DNA of 47,704 nt from NCBI GenBank assembly GCA_032718475.1, contig JAUCBJ010005636.1:1-47704 (forward strand). Reading direction: 5' to 3'. Numbering within the stretch: the stretch's first letter is position 1; each line of letters starts with the position of its first letter. Under the pieces are notes generated by a model. It was not told the origin of the DNA. It saw only the letters and a program-made list of their open reading frames with translations, and did no database searches. The DNA comes from Nemertoderma westbladi (taxonomy: Eukaryota > Animalia > Xenacoelomorpha). Made by a program: the position numbers and the translations under genes. Shown piece after piece: positions 25,920 through 39,116 of this stretch.

Positions 25920-26928
25920 CTGATACAGTTGGTTATACCACATCTACGCTGACGACAACCAGATCTTCATAATTTTCGACTGTCTTGACTCATTGGCACT
26001 AAAAGCTTCGATAACAAATTGCATTCAAGCCATCAAAGACCAACTCGACGAACTTCACCTGTTCTTGAATGATGACAAGACAGACATCCTACTACTTGGA
26101 CGCGGCAATGATTTCTTGAGCTTTGCATGAGACGGCAAGATAATTCAATCATAACATCCAGCGTAACAACCCTTGGAGTTCGCTTCGATAGTCAGCTAAA
26201 TATGTGCGATCAAATTAAAACTCTCACAGCATCTATTAACTTTCACCTCAGGAACAGGAAAATACGTCGAATTAAAGAACACTTATCTTCTTATAATCTG
26301 AAGAAGCTTGTCAATTCTCTAATAATATCAAAACAACAATCTCCTATATAATCTACCAACTGTGTCCCTCAACAGACTACAACTTGCACTTAATAGCTGC
26401 GCCCATCTTATTTCAGGTCAACCTGTTCAGTCTCACATCACCCATACTTTACGAACTCTCCACTGGTTGCCGGTCACCTTCCGTATCGAGTACAAGATTA
26501 CACTAATGAAGTGGAAGGCGCTTAATGGTCTCGCCCCGCCCCGTCTTACATTATAGAACTGTTGACTCCAAACTACAACCCGACTAGAACCCAACAACTG
26601 TGGACTTTATTGGTCCCAAGATACAACTTAAAGACGGTCGGTTCCCGCGCATTTAAATATGCTGCCCCAGTTATTTTCAACAGCCTCCCCCTTAGCTTAA
26701 GAACTTGCACTAATTTAGAATCATTCAAAACTCAACTAAAAACTTATATAATAAAATAAATACAGTAGTTTATATAATAAAATAGGGCCTTCAACTGACT
26801 TTCTAACTGTTTTTACTATATAATAGGGCCTTCAACTGACTTTCTAACTGTTTTTACTACTGCGCCTTTGAACCTTGCGAAAAAGGCGCATAATAAGAAA
26901 TTGTGTATTATTACTATTATTATTATTA
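25920..26928 (+). mobile_element. 5'-truncated L2-clade LINE with 3' stem-loop and (TTA)n tail
   Basis: YADD, LNDDKT, SHIT..LHWLP..RIEYKI and GSRAF..AAP..NSLP motifs. Ends with stem TGCGCCTTT...AAAGGCGCA and TATTATTA repeats. Confidence 0.9.
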
Positions 26929-27064
26929 CAAGTCAAAGCATTGAGGATTTTGTTGCAACATATTGTTATTTATATTGTGTCGGTACCAGTAGAAGAAAAA
27001 TTACATCATTATCATATCACATTACGGATTATATTGGTGTAAATTAATTATAAAATTAACTCAC

Positions 27065-27278
27065 ATGCAGTATAAAGATAACCCCTCTTTTTCGACTTGA
27101 ATATGCTTGCTTTTTCACTCTCTATTATCTTGGTCATTAGTATCTCCTCCATTTGTGTTTCTATATTTACTTCTTCCTCATTTGTCCTTTTAATCTTATC
27201 AATCATTTTGTCGAGGTTTGGTGTTTCCGCTATTCCATGGTAGATATTTTGAAAACTGCTGATAATTTCGCAATCGAT
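27065..27278 (-). CDS. Gene 1 exon, BAR end and PH start
   Basis: 214 bp, phase 0/1, TTTCATAG acceptor and GTGAGT donor. Open frame IDCEIISSFQ...KSKKRGYLYTA includes the PH-initial GYLY motif. Confidence 0.9.
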
Positions 27279-27330
27279 CTATGAAAAAAGATTAGACGAA
27301 ACGGCAAATAAAAGGTAAGCAGATGCTACA

Positions 27331-27971
27331 TAAATAGATAGATAGATAGATATCCTACATAAATAGATAGATATCCTACATAAATAGATAGATATCCTAC
27401 ATAAATAGATAGATATCCTACATAAATAGATAGATATCCTACATAAATAGATAGATATCCTACATAAATAGATAGATATCCTACATAAATAGATAGATAT
27501 CCTACATAAATAGATAGATATCCTACATAAATAGATAGATATCCTACATAAATAGATAGATATCCTACATAAATAGATAGATATCCTACATAAATAGATA
27601 GATATCCTACATAAATAGATAGATATCCTACATAAATAGATAGATATCCTACATAAATAGATAGATATCCTACATAAATAGATAGATATCCTACATAAAT
27701 AGATAGATATCCTACATAAATAGATAGATATCCTACATAAATAGATAGATATCCTACATAAATAGATAGATATCCTACATAAATAGATAGATATCCTACA
27801 TAAATAGATAGATATCCTACATAAATAGATAGATATCCTACATAAATAGATAGATATCCTACATAAATAGATAGATATCCTACATAAATAGATAGATATC
27901 CTACATAAATAGATAGATATCCTACATAAATAGATAGATATCCTACATAAATAGATAGATATCCTACATAA
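27331..27971. repeat. Near-perfect 21-bp minisatellite, ~30 copies (TAAATAGATAGATATCCTACA)
   Basis: Direct periodicity of 21. Confidence 0.97.
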
Positions 27972-28234
27972 AAATTCCTATAGTAAATGTATTATAAAAA
28001 ATACCTTGAAAATACTGCATGTAATGGATATTTTGTTTTTAGGGCCCTACTATAATATAAAGATCAAGGGCTGTCGACAGCACAGTACGACGACATGTGC
28101 ATTATCGACAGAGTCACTAACTACAGAATTTAAGCAACAATCAAAATTCCCGACTCACCCAGTAAGAAGAAGGGAGGTCGAAATATCTCCATTTCAAATA
28201 TATTTTATTCTTTACTGTATTATATTATAAGATG

Positions 28235-28510
28235 AGACTGATGCAGTAATATAAATGATATAAGACAATACACTAAACATCAGTTGGGCACAACACATGA
28301 CAAACGCCAAGCTTTATCTTGTGGTACTTTATTCCACCACCTGTATCAACCACACTCTGTGAATGCAGATTAAGATTCAGTGGGCACTCTTGGAGAAGTA
28401 AAAAACGGGGAAATACCAGATTTACTTTTCTGACAACCAACACAAGGAAGGCGTTGCCATGGACAACCGGCTATAGCTATGACATACAATATATGGACCA
28501 ACTATTTTGA
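28235..28510 (+). mobile_element. RTE 3' fragment (family of 14545-15649)
   Basis: Shares CATGACAAACGCCAAGCT and ACCTGTATCAACCAC with 15575-15649. Encodes RLRFSGH. Confidence 0.7.
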
Positions 28511-29379
28511 AAATTTTGTGTTGCATGCACTTTTGGTGCACGCATGAAAAATGGTAGCTGCCTTACTCGGACGAACTCCAATTCATTAACATTGAATTCG
28601 CAAGCACAGAAAACCTATAAATCGCGGAAATATAGATTATACTGTCCGGGGGGGAAGTGTCCTACTTGGGCGGGGGGGGGGGGGGGAACTGTCCGGGGGG
28701 AAGTGTCCGTGCACAGTGAAATGCCACATTGCAGAAAAAATAGGTCCGGGCCTATTCCGCTTAAAATTAAAAAAATCTAATCCACCATATCGTCGGATAC
28801 AAGGGGGGGGGGGGGGGGGGGGGTGGGGGAAACTCGACGCAAAACCCGCCTTGGCGAATTAATATCCCCCCTCAATGTTAAATTCTCAATTTAGGGAAAG
28901 GAGCAGGTTACAGTGGCACGTTATTTTAACCAAAACAATAAACTAAACACAATAGAACAGGTTACAGTTTTATTTTTGGAGTAATCAGCTGTTATTTGCG
29001 TAGAATTTCCCCTGGAGAGTGATGAATTTTTATTGCGTCCAGTCCCCCCCCCCCCTATCTGCATCGTCGACCAATTATAGCCCTGGTAAGATACTAGTTG
29101 TTATTTGATTGGTGTATGGCATAAAAATCTCAGGTCAAACCGAATTTTCAAGAATAGGAAAAGCATATTTTCCTCGAGGCCGAAGAACAAAGAAATGACT
29201 GCTATTTTGAGGAAAAACGCAGACAGATAGAGTACAAAAATTATTACTTTATATTCATGATCCACAGTAGCTTATGACTTGTTCAAATTCGTTTCCGGCT
29301 CTTTCAAGCTCGATTGTATGAGGCATGAATGGGACCTTATCTAAGATAATGTGAAATAACGAAATAAATACTGGCTAAC

Positions 29380-29544
29380 CTTTTGAACCATTTCATAATT
29401 TGTGGCTCGTTCAGCCTTCGCTAATTGTAAAATATACTTCACACTATGTTCACGAAGTTTTCTCCTGAATTTTCCCATATTCTTGTCCTCGTCTTTCAAA
29501 TTCCCATTGAACTTCGAGTCGATTTTGAGATAATTTTTTTCTTC
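29380..29544 (-). CDS. Gene 1 exon, BAR domain
   Basis: 165 bp, phase 0/0, TTTCAG acceptor and GTTAGC donor. SVKYILQLAKAERATNYEMVQK resembles the GRAF SLEYVxKxQxVQERKxFEFVE segment. Confidence 0.88.
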
Positions 29545-29669
29545 CTGAAACAATACTAAGTTATAATAATAATATGTAAATACAGCATGTGTAGTCTATT
29601 GTCTATGATGTTTTTAAAAGTACTTCTCGCCTACCAATAATCTTGAACAAATCTGTGCCATCACATGGC

Positions 29670-30061
29670 TATGAAGCGCCGTTTACGCCAAAACTATCTG
29701 AATAAATATTATACTCACGATGTGTCAATAAAAAATATTATACTTAAGATGTATCTAAATTCTCGGCCGAGAATCTCGGCCGAGTTTCTCGGCCGAGATT
29801 CTCGGCCGAGTTTTTCTCGGCCGAGATTCTCGGCCGAGTTTTTCTCGGCCGAGATCTCGGCCGAGTTTTCCCGCTGTTACAACTGGGAAGATTATAAATT
29901 CTCGAGCCGAGAAAATCTCGGCCGAGTTAATCTCGGCGAGAAATTCTCGGCCGAGTTTTCTCGGCCGAGAATTTAGATACATCTTAAGTATAATATTTTT
30001 TATTGACACATCTTGAGTATAATATTTATTCAGATAGTTTTGGCGTAAACGGCGCTTCATA
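29670..30061. mobile_element. Foldback/MITE with ~104-bp near-perfect TIRs and a core of CTCGGCCGAG palindromes
   Basis: 29670-29773 is inverted at 29958-30061. Flanked by a CATGGC duplication (or ACATGGC[T/C]). Confidence 0.9.
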
Positions 30062-30742
30062 CATGGCCCATAATTATTTAGGTGTGTTCAAATCAACTTA
30101 GTTTTCTGCACTTCTTATTACAGACACAAATGTCAATGGGTAATCAAGCTACTCACCAGCTTCATCGCATAAACAACCCTTGGACTGGCAAATCAGGTAC
30201 CTGCCGTGTTAGCCAACTCCATAACCAAACACAGCCTAAATTATATTACGGTTACATAGACACACCCAGAAGTATTGGATAATCAATGGGGAGTCTGGCA
30301 AATGGAGCTAACAGAGACCCTAATATTTCCAGGCAGGCCTATCACCCCTTCTACAGGAAAGTGAGAAGTTAGCATGGGTATTCCAATCAATTGGCCAAAA
30401 TCCAAAATCTTTTGATCATCTATCATTATTAATGTGTGTATGCATCCCAGGCTAATCCCGCAATCCACCAAATAGCCATGTTGAATAATTGGTCTGCTGA
30501 AAACCATGTGGCTACCATTCCTAACAGCTGCGGCAACCTGGATGGCACCAAAAGGGTGTAGCATCTACTAGTTGTAATAGATAGAAGTTGTGCAAGAATA
30601 GGGTCTGCCTGGCTGTACTACTGTGTTGTACTGTGTTGTGTTGTACTACTGTGCTGTACTACTAACCTACAATTTGTAACTAATTATAATGGCAAATTAA
30701 TTGTATGAATATTATTATAGTATTTACTTATTGATAAATAAA

Positions 30743-31777
30743 ATGGGAAATTGTAAGCGATGCGGAACATTACAAACTCGACTGCGAACCGAGGTTTCTG
30801 CGCTGGTTGTAATTCGATCGACAGATCACACACCAACTCGACTATGGCGACTAGCCCTAACCAAACGACTTATACACTGCAACAACTGGCGAGATCTTCT
30901 AACCGGCTGGAGCTAACACCACCTATTAGACCCGACCTAGGAGCGCCTATCGGTCAATCTCAATCCTGGCTGTACCCTACAGATCCCAACTGGCCAGCTG
31001 CTATCGGAGCACCGATTTCCAGTACAAACAACCCGCCATTCGGTCGGTCAGGATTACTGAATTCCTCGGTACCACTTGTCGTCTCGAGATCTGTGGAAGA
31101 CATGTTAAGCTTGATTCTTAAAGAAGTACAGTCAATGAGATCCGACAATAATAACCTCCGCATCGAGCTACGTACATAGCGCCATCTTTGATTTAAAAAA
31201 TATGAATACTCAAACAGAATCCCGTGTTACGCAACTAGAGAGAGACAACTTCAGTTTAAAATAAGATAATATTTATATTTTGAGAACCCTAAGTAAAGTT
31301 ACCCAGCACATGGAGCACAACAGCCGCTAAAACAACCTAATTATAACAGGTATTAGTGAATCAGAAGAAATTTAAGGAGCCAGTAACGATGTTGACAAGG
31401 TGGCAATGCTGTTCACAAAAATTGAAGTGGATACTTCTGTGACGGTTGAAGCAGATGTTAAACGTCTCGGAAAGGCGAAGGGTACAGATACCTGGCCCAG
31501 ACCTTTACTGGTGACCCTAGATAACAAGGAGGCTCACTACAATGTGGTTACCCGCTCTTCTAAGATCAAAAAGCTCGGTGATGTATATAAAAACATATAC
31601 ACCAAGAAAGACACCGCACCAGGAATCAGAAAAGGAAGCAGACAATTACGTTCTGTTCTTAAAGAAGAAAACCCAAAACCAGAAAATGCTGGTTGTAACC
31701 TGAGTATCGACTGGGACGCTCGTACAGTAGTGAGGGATGGTCTGGTGATATACAGAGCCCCATGGTCCCTTTTTTAA
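30743..31777 (+). pseudogene. LINE ORF1 (N-terminal CxxC...CxxC, coiled coil, RRM-like NLIITGISE / RLGK..RPLLV), disrupted
   Basis: Motifs are spread over several frames with stops and frameshifts. Confidence 0.75.
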
Positions 31778-31779
31778 AT

Positions 31780-34750
31780 GTTGACCAAATACCCCGCGGT
31801 AAATTTGTATTTTGTACATGGAATATTAATGGTGTTGGTAATAAGCTGGAAGATTCCAATATTTTAGAGTTATTGCTACAATTTAGTTTAGTTTGGCTGA
31901 CAGAGATTAAGTGTGCGAGTGGTTTCCACGTTCCCGGTTTTAAAGTAGTAAAGAACTCAAGTACTGAAGGTTCCGGACATACAGGCAGACTAGGTTTACT
32001 TATTAGAAACGATATCTATCATTATATAGAACGTGTTACTGTTATGGACGATTTCGTTTGTATTAAACCAATGGGCTTCAATGACTTCCTATTTATTGGA
32101 GCTTATCTTCCCCCCATTTCATGTCCATATTTTGACAGAAAAACTTTTGCACAATTAAACAGTTTGCTGGCAGATCGTTCTGAAAAGTATCTTTAGTTAA
32201 ATGGTGATATAAACTGCAGAGTCGGTGACCCATCGACTACATTATTGAATAACTCTGGTGAATTCTTTTATGGTGGAGTGTCTGACATGACAGTTAACGA
32301 ACACGGTACCATATTGTTAGAAATATGTAAGTCAAATGATTGTTTGGTTTTGAATAATCTTTCTATGAGAGATTTGTCTGGTGGTGGTGGTTTAAGTTTT
32401 AAAAGGAGAAATAAATATATTTCCGAGTTAAACGTTTGTATAGCTTCGATTGATGCGATAAAGTTTGTCAACAGTGTAGAAACTTTCAATTCTATGTTAC
32501 TCCCATCCAATCATGCACCTGTAGCTGTCTCCCCTACTCTTCCAAATCAGGATATTGTCAGCATCTGCTCAGAACTCGACCAACTAATTAATCTACTCGG
32601 GGTATATATTGAGCAAGAGAACCGTAACTCTGTCTGCACTAAGTACAGATGACAAAGACAATTTTTTGATACTATTATCCGAGGTACATCCACCACAAGC
32701 CGATTCCCTGGACAAGGAAGATGCAATTCTCAATACTGTAAAGTTATTAGGTTCCTTGGCATCCAAAGCTGCAATCATCAAGAACAAGAAACCATAGAAT
32801 ACCAAACTCAACCAATGGGAGTGGCTATTATCAAGTAATAACCCAAAAGACATATGGTCAGCCATCAACTGGGAAGGTGATTATGAGCAACCCGAAATTA
32901 GAGCTGTGAGACCATCCGCATAGGAGTTTAAATCTCACACCGAAAAGTTACTCAACCCCGATGTCGACTATTCATTGGAACAACTAGATGTCTCCTCTGA
33001 GCCAGTTTATATTCTGATTCTAGATGAAGATATATCAGGCTCCGAAGTTGATAAGCGATAAACAAGCTGAATCCTGCAAAGCCGAGTGGACCAGATGGTT
33101 TACCTGGGTTGGTTGTAAAACTCTTACCCATCAACTGGGTTATGTGGCTGGTAACTTTATTTAACATTGTATTTAATGCTGCAAGCTTTCCAACTTTCCA
33201 AGTTTTTATATTTATTTTTAAACGTGGGGATGCACTATGTTGTGGGAACTACTGAAGAATCTCAGTAATGGACTGTCTTGCCAAGGTCTACGATACTATT
33301 ATAAGCAATCGTCTGTCCTTATGGTTTAAACCATCACCTGAACAGGCAGGTGGCCAGAAAGGATGAGGCTGTATCGAACAGATCATGGCTCTCCTCCTGT
33401 TAATGAACACAGCTTCCCGATTTAAAAATCGTCATCTTTATATTATATTTGTTGATTTTGAGAAGGCTTACGACCATGTTGACCGTATGCAGCTACTTCT
33501 ATTACTGAAACAGATGGGCTGTGGCAGTAAAAAGTTACACGCCTTCCGATCCATTTACAATAAAACGACTAATATTCTAGGAAATGTTTCAATCTCATCT
33601 TCAGCCGGTATGAAACAGGGTGCCCCATCAAGCACATTTTCCTTTACGACATACATCAATCCACTCGTATGGTTAAACCAACTACCAATTAACGGATGGC
33701 TTGGTGTATTAAGAATTCTTCTCCTCATGGATGATGCAGCCCTTATAGCATCATCGCGATCTTCTGCTATCTTGGAGCTCGATGTATTGTCAAGATACTG
33801 TAAAGAATTTAAAATGATAATTAATCCCAAAAAAAATTAGTTTATGGTTGTGAACGGAACAAACATTGACAAAAAATCGACATTGCCCTGCTCTGATGGT
33901 TCAATTATAGTTAAAAATACTATCTTTATCTAGGAGCTACTTTCCAACAAGATGCTAATTTAAAAAGATACCACATGTGTTGAAGTTTACAGCATTTACC
34001 CAGCGGAACCCAGATATGCCTTTTTCTATGAAGAAGCAAGTTTTCGATGCAGCCCTGATCTCCTCTATCTTGTATTCATGCGGGTCATGGTTTGGTTTTT
34101 CTCTCGCTCCTGTTAATAAAGTCTACATGGGATTGGTAAAATAATTGCTCGGTGTTCGCACTCCAGTCCAAACAACGTTTGCTTGATAGAGATCAGGCTA
34201 CCTAGAATAATTTACAAAGCAAAACAAATACAGAAGAAATACTACCAGACTTTGCTGTCTGCAAAATTTGATGACGACACACCCATAGCGATTGCAGTTG
34301 ATATCGCACGCAGATCAAACTCCCTGTACTACAAATATATCGAAAGCTCTTCCAACACAAACTTTATTCCGCCAGGCATTAAGTGAGATACATGCTGACA
34401 TTATCAATTGCGATGAAAAAGCAACAAAAACTTTATTTTACCGGACCTGCAACCCGGATCTATGCCAACCACCTCTTTACTCGAGTAAACATCCTTCACC
34501 TTTACCAGAACATCTTCACCGAGTATGGATGAGATTAAGGATTGGCAGCCATAATATTCCTGTCGAGTACCAATGATGGAATCGAATTCCGAGACTGGAA
34601 CGTGTGTGCCCGTGAGGTTTAAAGGAATCATCAGAGGAGCACGTAATTTTAAGATGCCCGCTAATAAACTCGATAAGATCAGATTATTTTTAAAACTTTC
34701 CATCCTCTGTAACCGACCTTTTTTCTGCAGATGATCAGAAGATAGTAGCA
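31780..34750 (+). pseudogene. LINE ORF2 (APE endonuclease + RT + C-terminal RLRIGSH), disrupted
   Basis: WNING, GAYLPP, GDINCRVG, SNHAP, DFEKAYD, GMKQGAPSS and LLLMDD motifs, with many stops. Confidence 0.9.
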
Positions 34751-36506
34751 TCATTCATATTTCGTGTATCTGAGTTCTTCGACAGCCAATAACATAGCCA
34801 CTCCTTCCATTAAACATATAATAATCCCGAATTTACAGAGTTTAGAGTTACATCGATTTGATATTTGGCTCCCCTTTACCGATACTTGTCTTATCTTACA
34901 ATATAGTTATAAACTGTTTAGTGTTCATTATATATGTATAATACTAGTGAACCGGTATATACTACCAGTGAACTAGTAACTAAGATATCATGTAGTGCAT
35001 TCTCTTTGACCTTGCTTTTCTATGGTGTATATATGTATGTAATTGCTCTTTTGGACTTTATACCTGCGGTATTTGGTCAATAAACTAACTAACTAACTAC
35101 TGCTCCCATTGGGGTAGAAGATCTTGCGAGACTTATCCAAGAATCAGCCAAGACCCAGCTGGATGCTTACGCCTAAGATCAATCCCCAGGATATCTTCAG
35201 ACATGCTGAGATCCTCCATTGAGAGAATAAAGTTTAAATTTTATGACACGTTTTTAGAAAGACAAACATTACCCAAAATACCTCTGCAAATTCCACATGA
35301 CGCTGAGAAATAATCTGATCAGTTTTTTAAGAAAAAAGTTGATTCGTTTAAACACGCGATATATGTATGCTTAAACTTTCTGAAATTGACTTAATTTGAT
35401 TAAAATAATATCCAAATGTGAAATTGAAAAAGCGAAATCTGATATTTGTACATGCACAACAAAATAAGTGGCAATAAAGATAAACATAAAAGTCTACCCT
35501 GAAATCATTAGGGTATAAAATATAAAATTAACTATACAACTATATCAAATATTGTTCTGCAAGATAACAGTGAGCTGGTTCATGATCCTAATCTAGTTAG
35601 TAATTTATTTAACAATTATTTTTCTAATGTTGCCTTTAATTTAAATATACACAGCTCAATACAATAACAAATAACGACTTACAAACATAAACAGCTTTAT
35701 ATAATCACAAATAATGACTAATAAACATACATATCTTGTGCTGTCTGCATCTGTGATGAATTACTTACTGTTAGGCCTACCTCATCGTTACCGTAGAATA
35801 CGGTACAATCATCATGCTGAGAGAATACTGTTAATTTATTTCACGCCTAGATATACAGTATAGCACCCCATAACGCATATCATTGAGTTAACTTTATTTC
35901 ACGTCCACGGCGTATTTCACGCCAACTTGAAGATAATTTTTTTAATTTTATTAGATAGATAATATAGATAGAATGCTTTGCAGCTTATTTCCAAGAGGAT
36001 CCATTATGTTTACTTGGTTAAAAAATAAAATATTAGGCCTACACAAAATCAATACACTATCCTATAACTAATACAATAATGTTTACACTATGTACAACTT
36101 TGCTGAGTGCGTTTGGTATATGTAAACTGGTATTCTACTTCCAGACCTTCTCTAGCAATTAATGTGAAACAGGTCAGTGTAAATATGATTACTTTTTCAT
36201 TGAATCACCGCTTATTGCAAAATAAATTAAATTATTCTGGAACATAGATCCAGAAATCCCCTACCCTGGCTTTGGTTTGTCTTGTTTTATACCAATTTCT
36301 TTAGAATTTCCAGCAATAAATATATTATGTTCCATCAGGAGTATTTTTTTGGAGCGTGGAATTTTTGTAATCTATATAGAGGCTTACCCATACTGTAGTA
36401 ACTCACAAAAAACATTTGCCATGTTCTTTTTCACTAAGCTACCCCACTAGAAATTAATATATCATGTCGATAGCAGTTGTTGTCGACAGGCCTACAATAT
36501 TCTTAC

Positions 36507-36620
36507 CTCTTCGACAATTTCAACATAAGCAAAATATTCCTTCCTAGATTTCTCCTCATCCGTCCATGTTTTTTTAAAAGCATCTAAACATGCGCTAAAT
36601 AGTTTTGAGGACACATCCAC
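36507..36620 (-). CDS. Gene 1 exon, BAR domain (VDVSSKLFSACLDAFKKTWTDEEKSRKEYFAYVEIVEE); upstream exons not found in window
   Basis: 114 bp, phase 0/0, TTCACAG acceptor and GTAAGA donor. Paralogous to exon 1938-2051. Confidence 0.8.
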
Positions 36621-37109
36621 CTGTGAATAAAGTAAATATTACAATTGAATAGCAATTTACTACGGCTGCTAAATGTACTGCGTACTGTATTGAATAATAA
36701 TTAGACTGTTCTAGTACTTTCATGGTGAGAACTTTTAAGGGTTCAAGTGTCACAGCCGCCGTCCTATTCAAAGCTTATATGCCAGTACGTGTAAGTAGTA
36801 CTGTAAGTTACCCTAATGTACTGTATGTATGTATGTAAAATTGGGTGACGGTGTTGCTGTGTTTGTTTGCTTGACACACATAATTCCTCGATTTAATCCC
36901 TACACACACACACACCCCCACCCACCCCGACTTTTGGAAAACGGCCATAGTATAATGATAACAGTTCGCTGATGGCTCGCAGTTTTGACTCATCCCCCAT
37001 CACCCCCAACTATCATACGCCATTTCTCTACTTATAAGATGAAGATTATAAGATGAATAATTAATTATTTTATTCTCTACTTATAAGTTGTATTGCGTAT
37101 TTTTCCCAT

Positions 37110-37571
37110 TAGAAAGCCAGCAAGCTGGCTTTAAACAAACCTGCCCCTCAAACCAGAACCCTGAGTGAGCGAAAATGAAAACACGAAAATTGCCATCAAC
37201 TCAACGATAGAAACACCAGCTGCTGGTAATAAGCTACTACTATTGATTGAAAGGATAGGCCCAAACTGCACAGAAGTACTGTATATTGCTAAATTTATAA
37301 CTCTCTCACTCTATCCCAGACAGTAATCAAACATCTACTGTTTGTTTGTATAATGTATTACCCCGCCAGCTGAATAGCCTTTCCCTGTGAATCCTGGGAA
37401 TATCTATAAGGTTACTCACTGCTATGTTAGGTGGAAGGCCAGCTGATTGAATTGTAAGCACTGGGCCGTTCAATTGTTTTATAGGTTGATGATAATGAAT
37501 GAGGAGGGATCCAACTAACACTACGTTTGTCTATGGACGGTCTCCTTACAGCCAGCTGGCTGGCTTTTCTA
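37110..37571. mobile_element. Possible MITE with ~21-bp imperfect TIRs
   Basis: TAGAAAGCCAGCAAGCTGGCT pairs with AGCCAGCTGGCTGGCTTTTCTA. Confidence 0.4.
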
Positions 37572-39116
37572 GTTGAATCACATTATTCTGCAACCAAATA
37601 ATTTAATTACTCTTTTAGACGAATTTGTGTGTTTTTTTGTCGGACTAACAAAATTTGGTGACGTTCTGTGTAAGATTGGCGATATTTGAAAAGATTCTGA
37701 GGCTCAAATATTTTGCTCTGATGACTGAATATCTCAAATAAAAAAGTTGGTGCACACTCGACGAGTTAAATCGGTGAAAATTGACTTTAAATTTTCAAAA
37801 GCGCTATTTTTCAGTGAACCCGTGATCGAAACGCCACAAAAAATATACAGTCTTCTGCGCAACCAAAATTCTTGTAGAGTTTGTTTTTAAAATTTTTGCG
37901 TACCTGCTTGAGTTTTTGAGATATTGGATGGTTATAATAAATACATTACCACATTTGTTTTTGAACGGCTCAACTGTTGACAAGAACTACCCTCTATTAA
38001 TAATTACTTAACCTTTATATACAGTGTGACGTTGTCAAGAATATTGATTAATCGTAATCTACAGTATTTAGTTGGTCATGTGCGCGTAATTAATTATATC
38101 TCCCATTTGTTTACATGACAATATACATTAATAATATTATATTACCTATAATGTAGTCTTAATCAATGTCGTGTTACAATAATTTGTAATCATTGATACT
38201 GTGATACTGAGAACGACAATGACCCTAATTGGCTCGTCGGAGGAATTAAAGGATAATAATAACATAATATTATATCCGATTATGTAGACATTCGGGTTCT
38301 ATGTCAATTATTTCCCACAGACTACTGAATGTAATATACTGTATATGAGCCAACAGTATTATAAGTTATATTACCATTGTAATATGTTCCAACAATGCCT
38401 AATATGTTAACTTATACTTTTATATAACTTAACTTATACAAACTATTATAATTGGATTAAGTTGTTCACCAGACCATATTTCATTTTTTTCCGGTAAACC
38501 TATTTGGCAATGATTCTGTAATGAAACATTATGTATTAAGTAAGTAAACTCTCTAGTGACCACTAATAACAAACAACAGAATCATATTGTGAGAATTTAA
38601 ACTTTCAAAATTTTTTTTGAAAATTATTTAAAAAAATTCCATTCAATTTAGAGGTTGATATTTTAGGGATAGTTGGAAATTAAGCACACAATCAAACACA
38701 ACCAAACACACACAAACACAATCAAACACAGTCCAATTTTGTCAAACACAGTCCAAATCGGAAAGCCAAGGTAATTCTACGTCAGTTTGTATAAAAATTA
38801 TTTTCAAAATGTCCGTACAATGCCACTATTATTGCCAATTTATATCTCAACGCACAGCTGGACTGGTTGCTAGGCACTAGTGACGTTGGCCTTATATCCC
38901 CTGTACACTGATGTACAACAGTACAGCCTCTGGTAGAGCTGTAGAGGTAGGCAAGGCATATTTCAGTATTGCTATCATATACCGGTACCGGCTGACCGGT
39001 AATCATCCAGTCCTCTAATCCAGTAATCTATTCTGTCTGTCAGGAGGGCAGATCCTTGCCGGTACAGACAGAAATTTTATCAACTATATCAGTATTATAT
39101 TGTTCTAATCTATCTT

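Larger units (their letters stand above)
30570..35096 (+). mobile_element. Near full-length degenerate LINE (RTEX-like) with ORF1, ORF2 and an (AACT)n tail
   Basis: 5'UTR, ORF1 and ORF2 are present, then AATAAA followed by (CTAA)n. Candidate TSD CTACT (30565-30569 / 35097-35101). Clade assignment is tentative. Confidence 0.88.

Noticed and set aside
29665-30060. Pair of mirror ORFs (103/101 aa)
   Set aside because: Artefact of the palindromic MITE.
35781-35816. Possible 36-bp exon (HDDCTVFYGNDE) with AG/GT ends on the minus strand
   Set aside because: The flanking exons 36507-36620 and 29380-29544 already join colinearly with the GRAF BAR pattern, so it is not needed.
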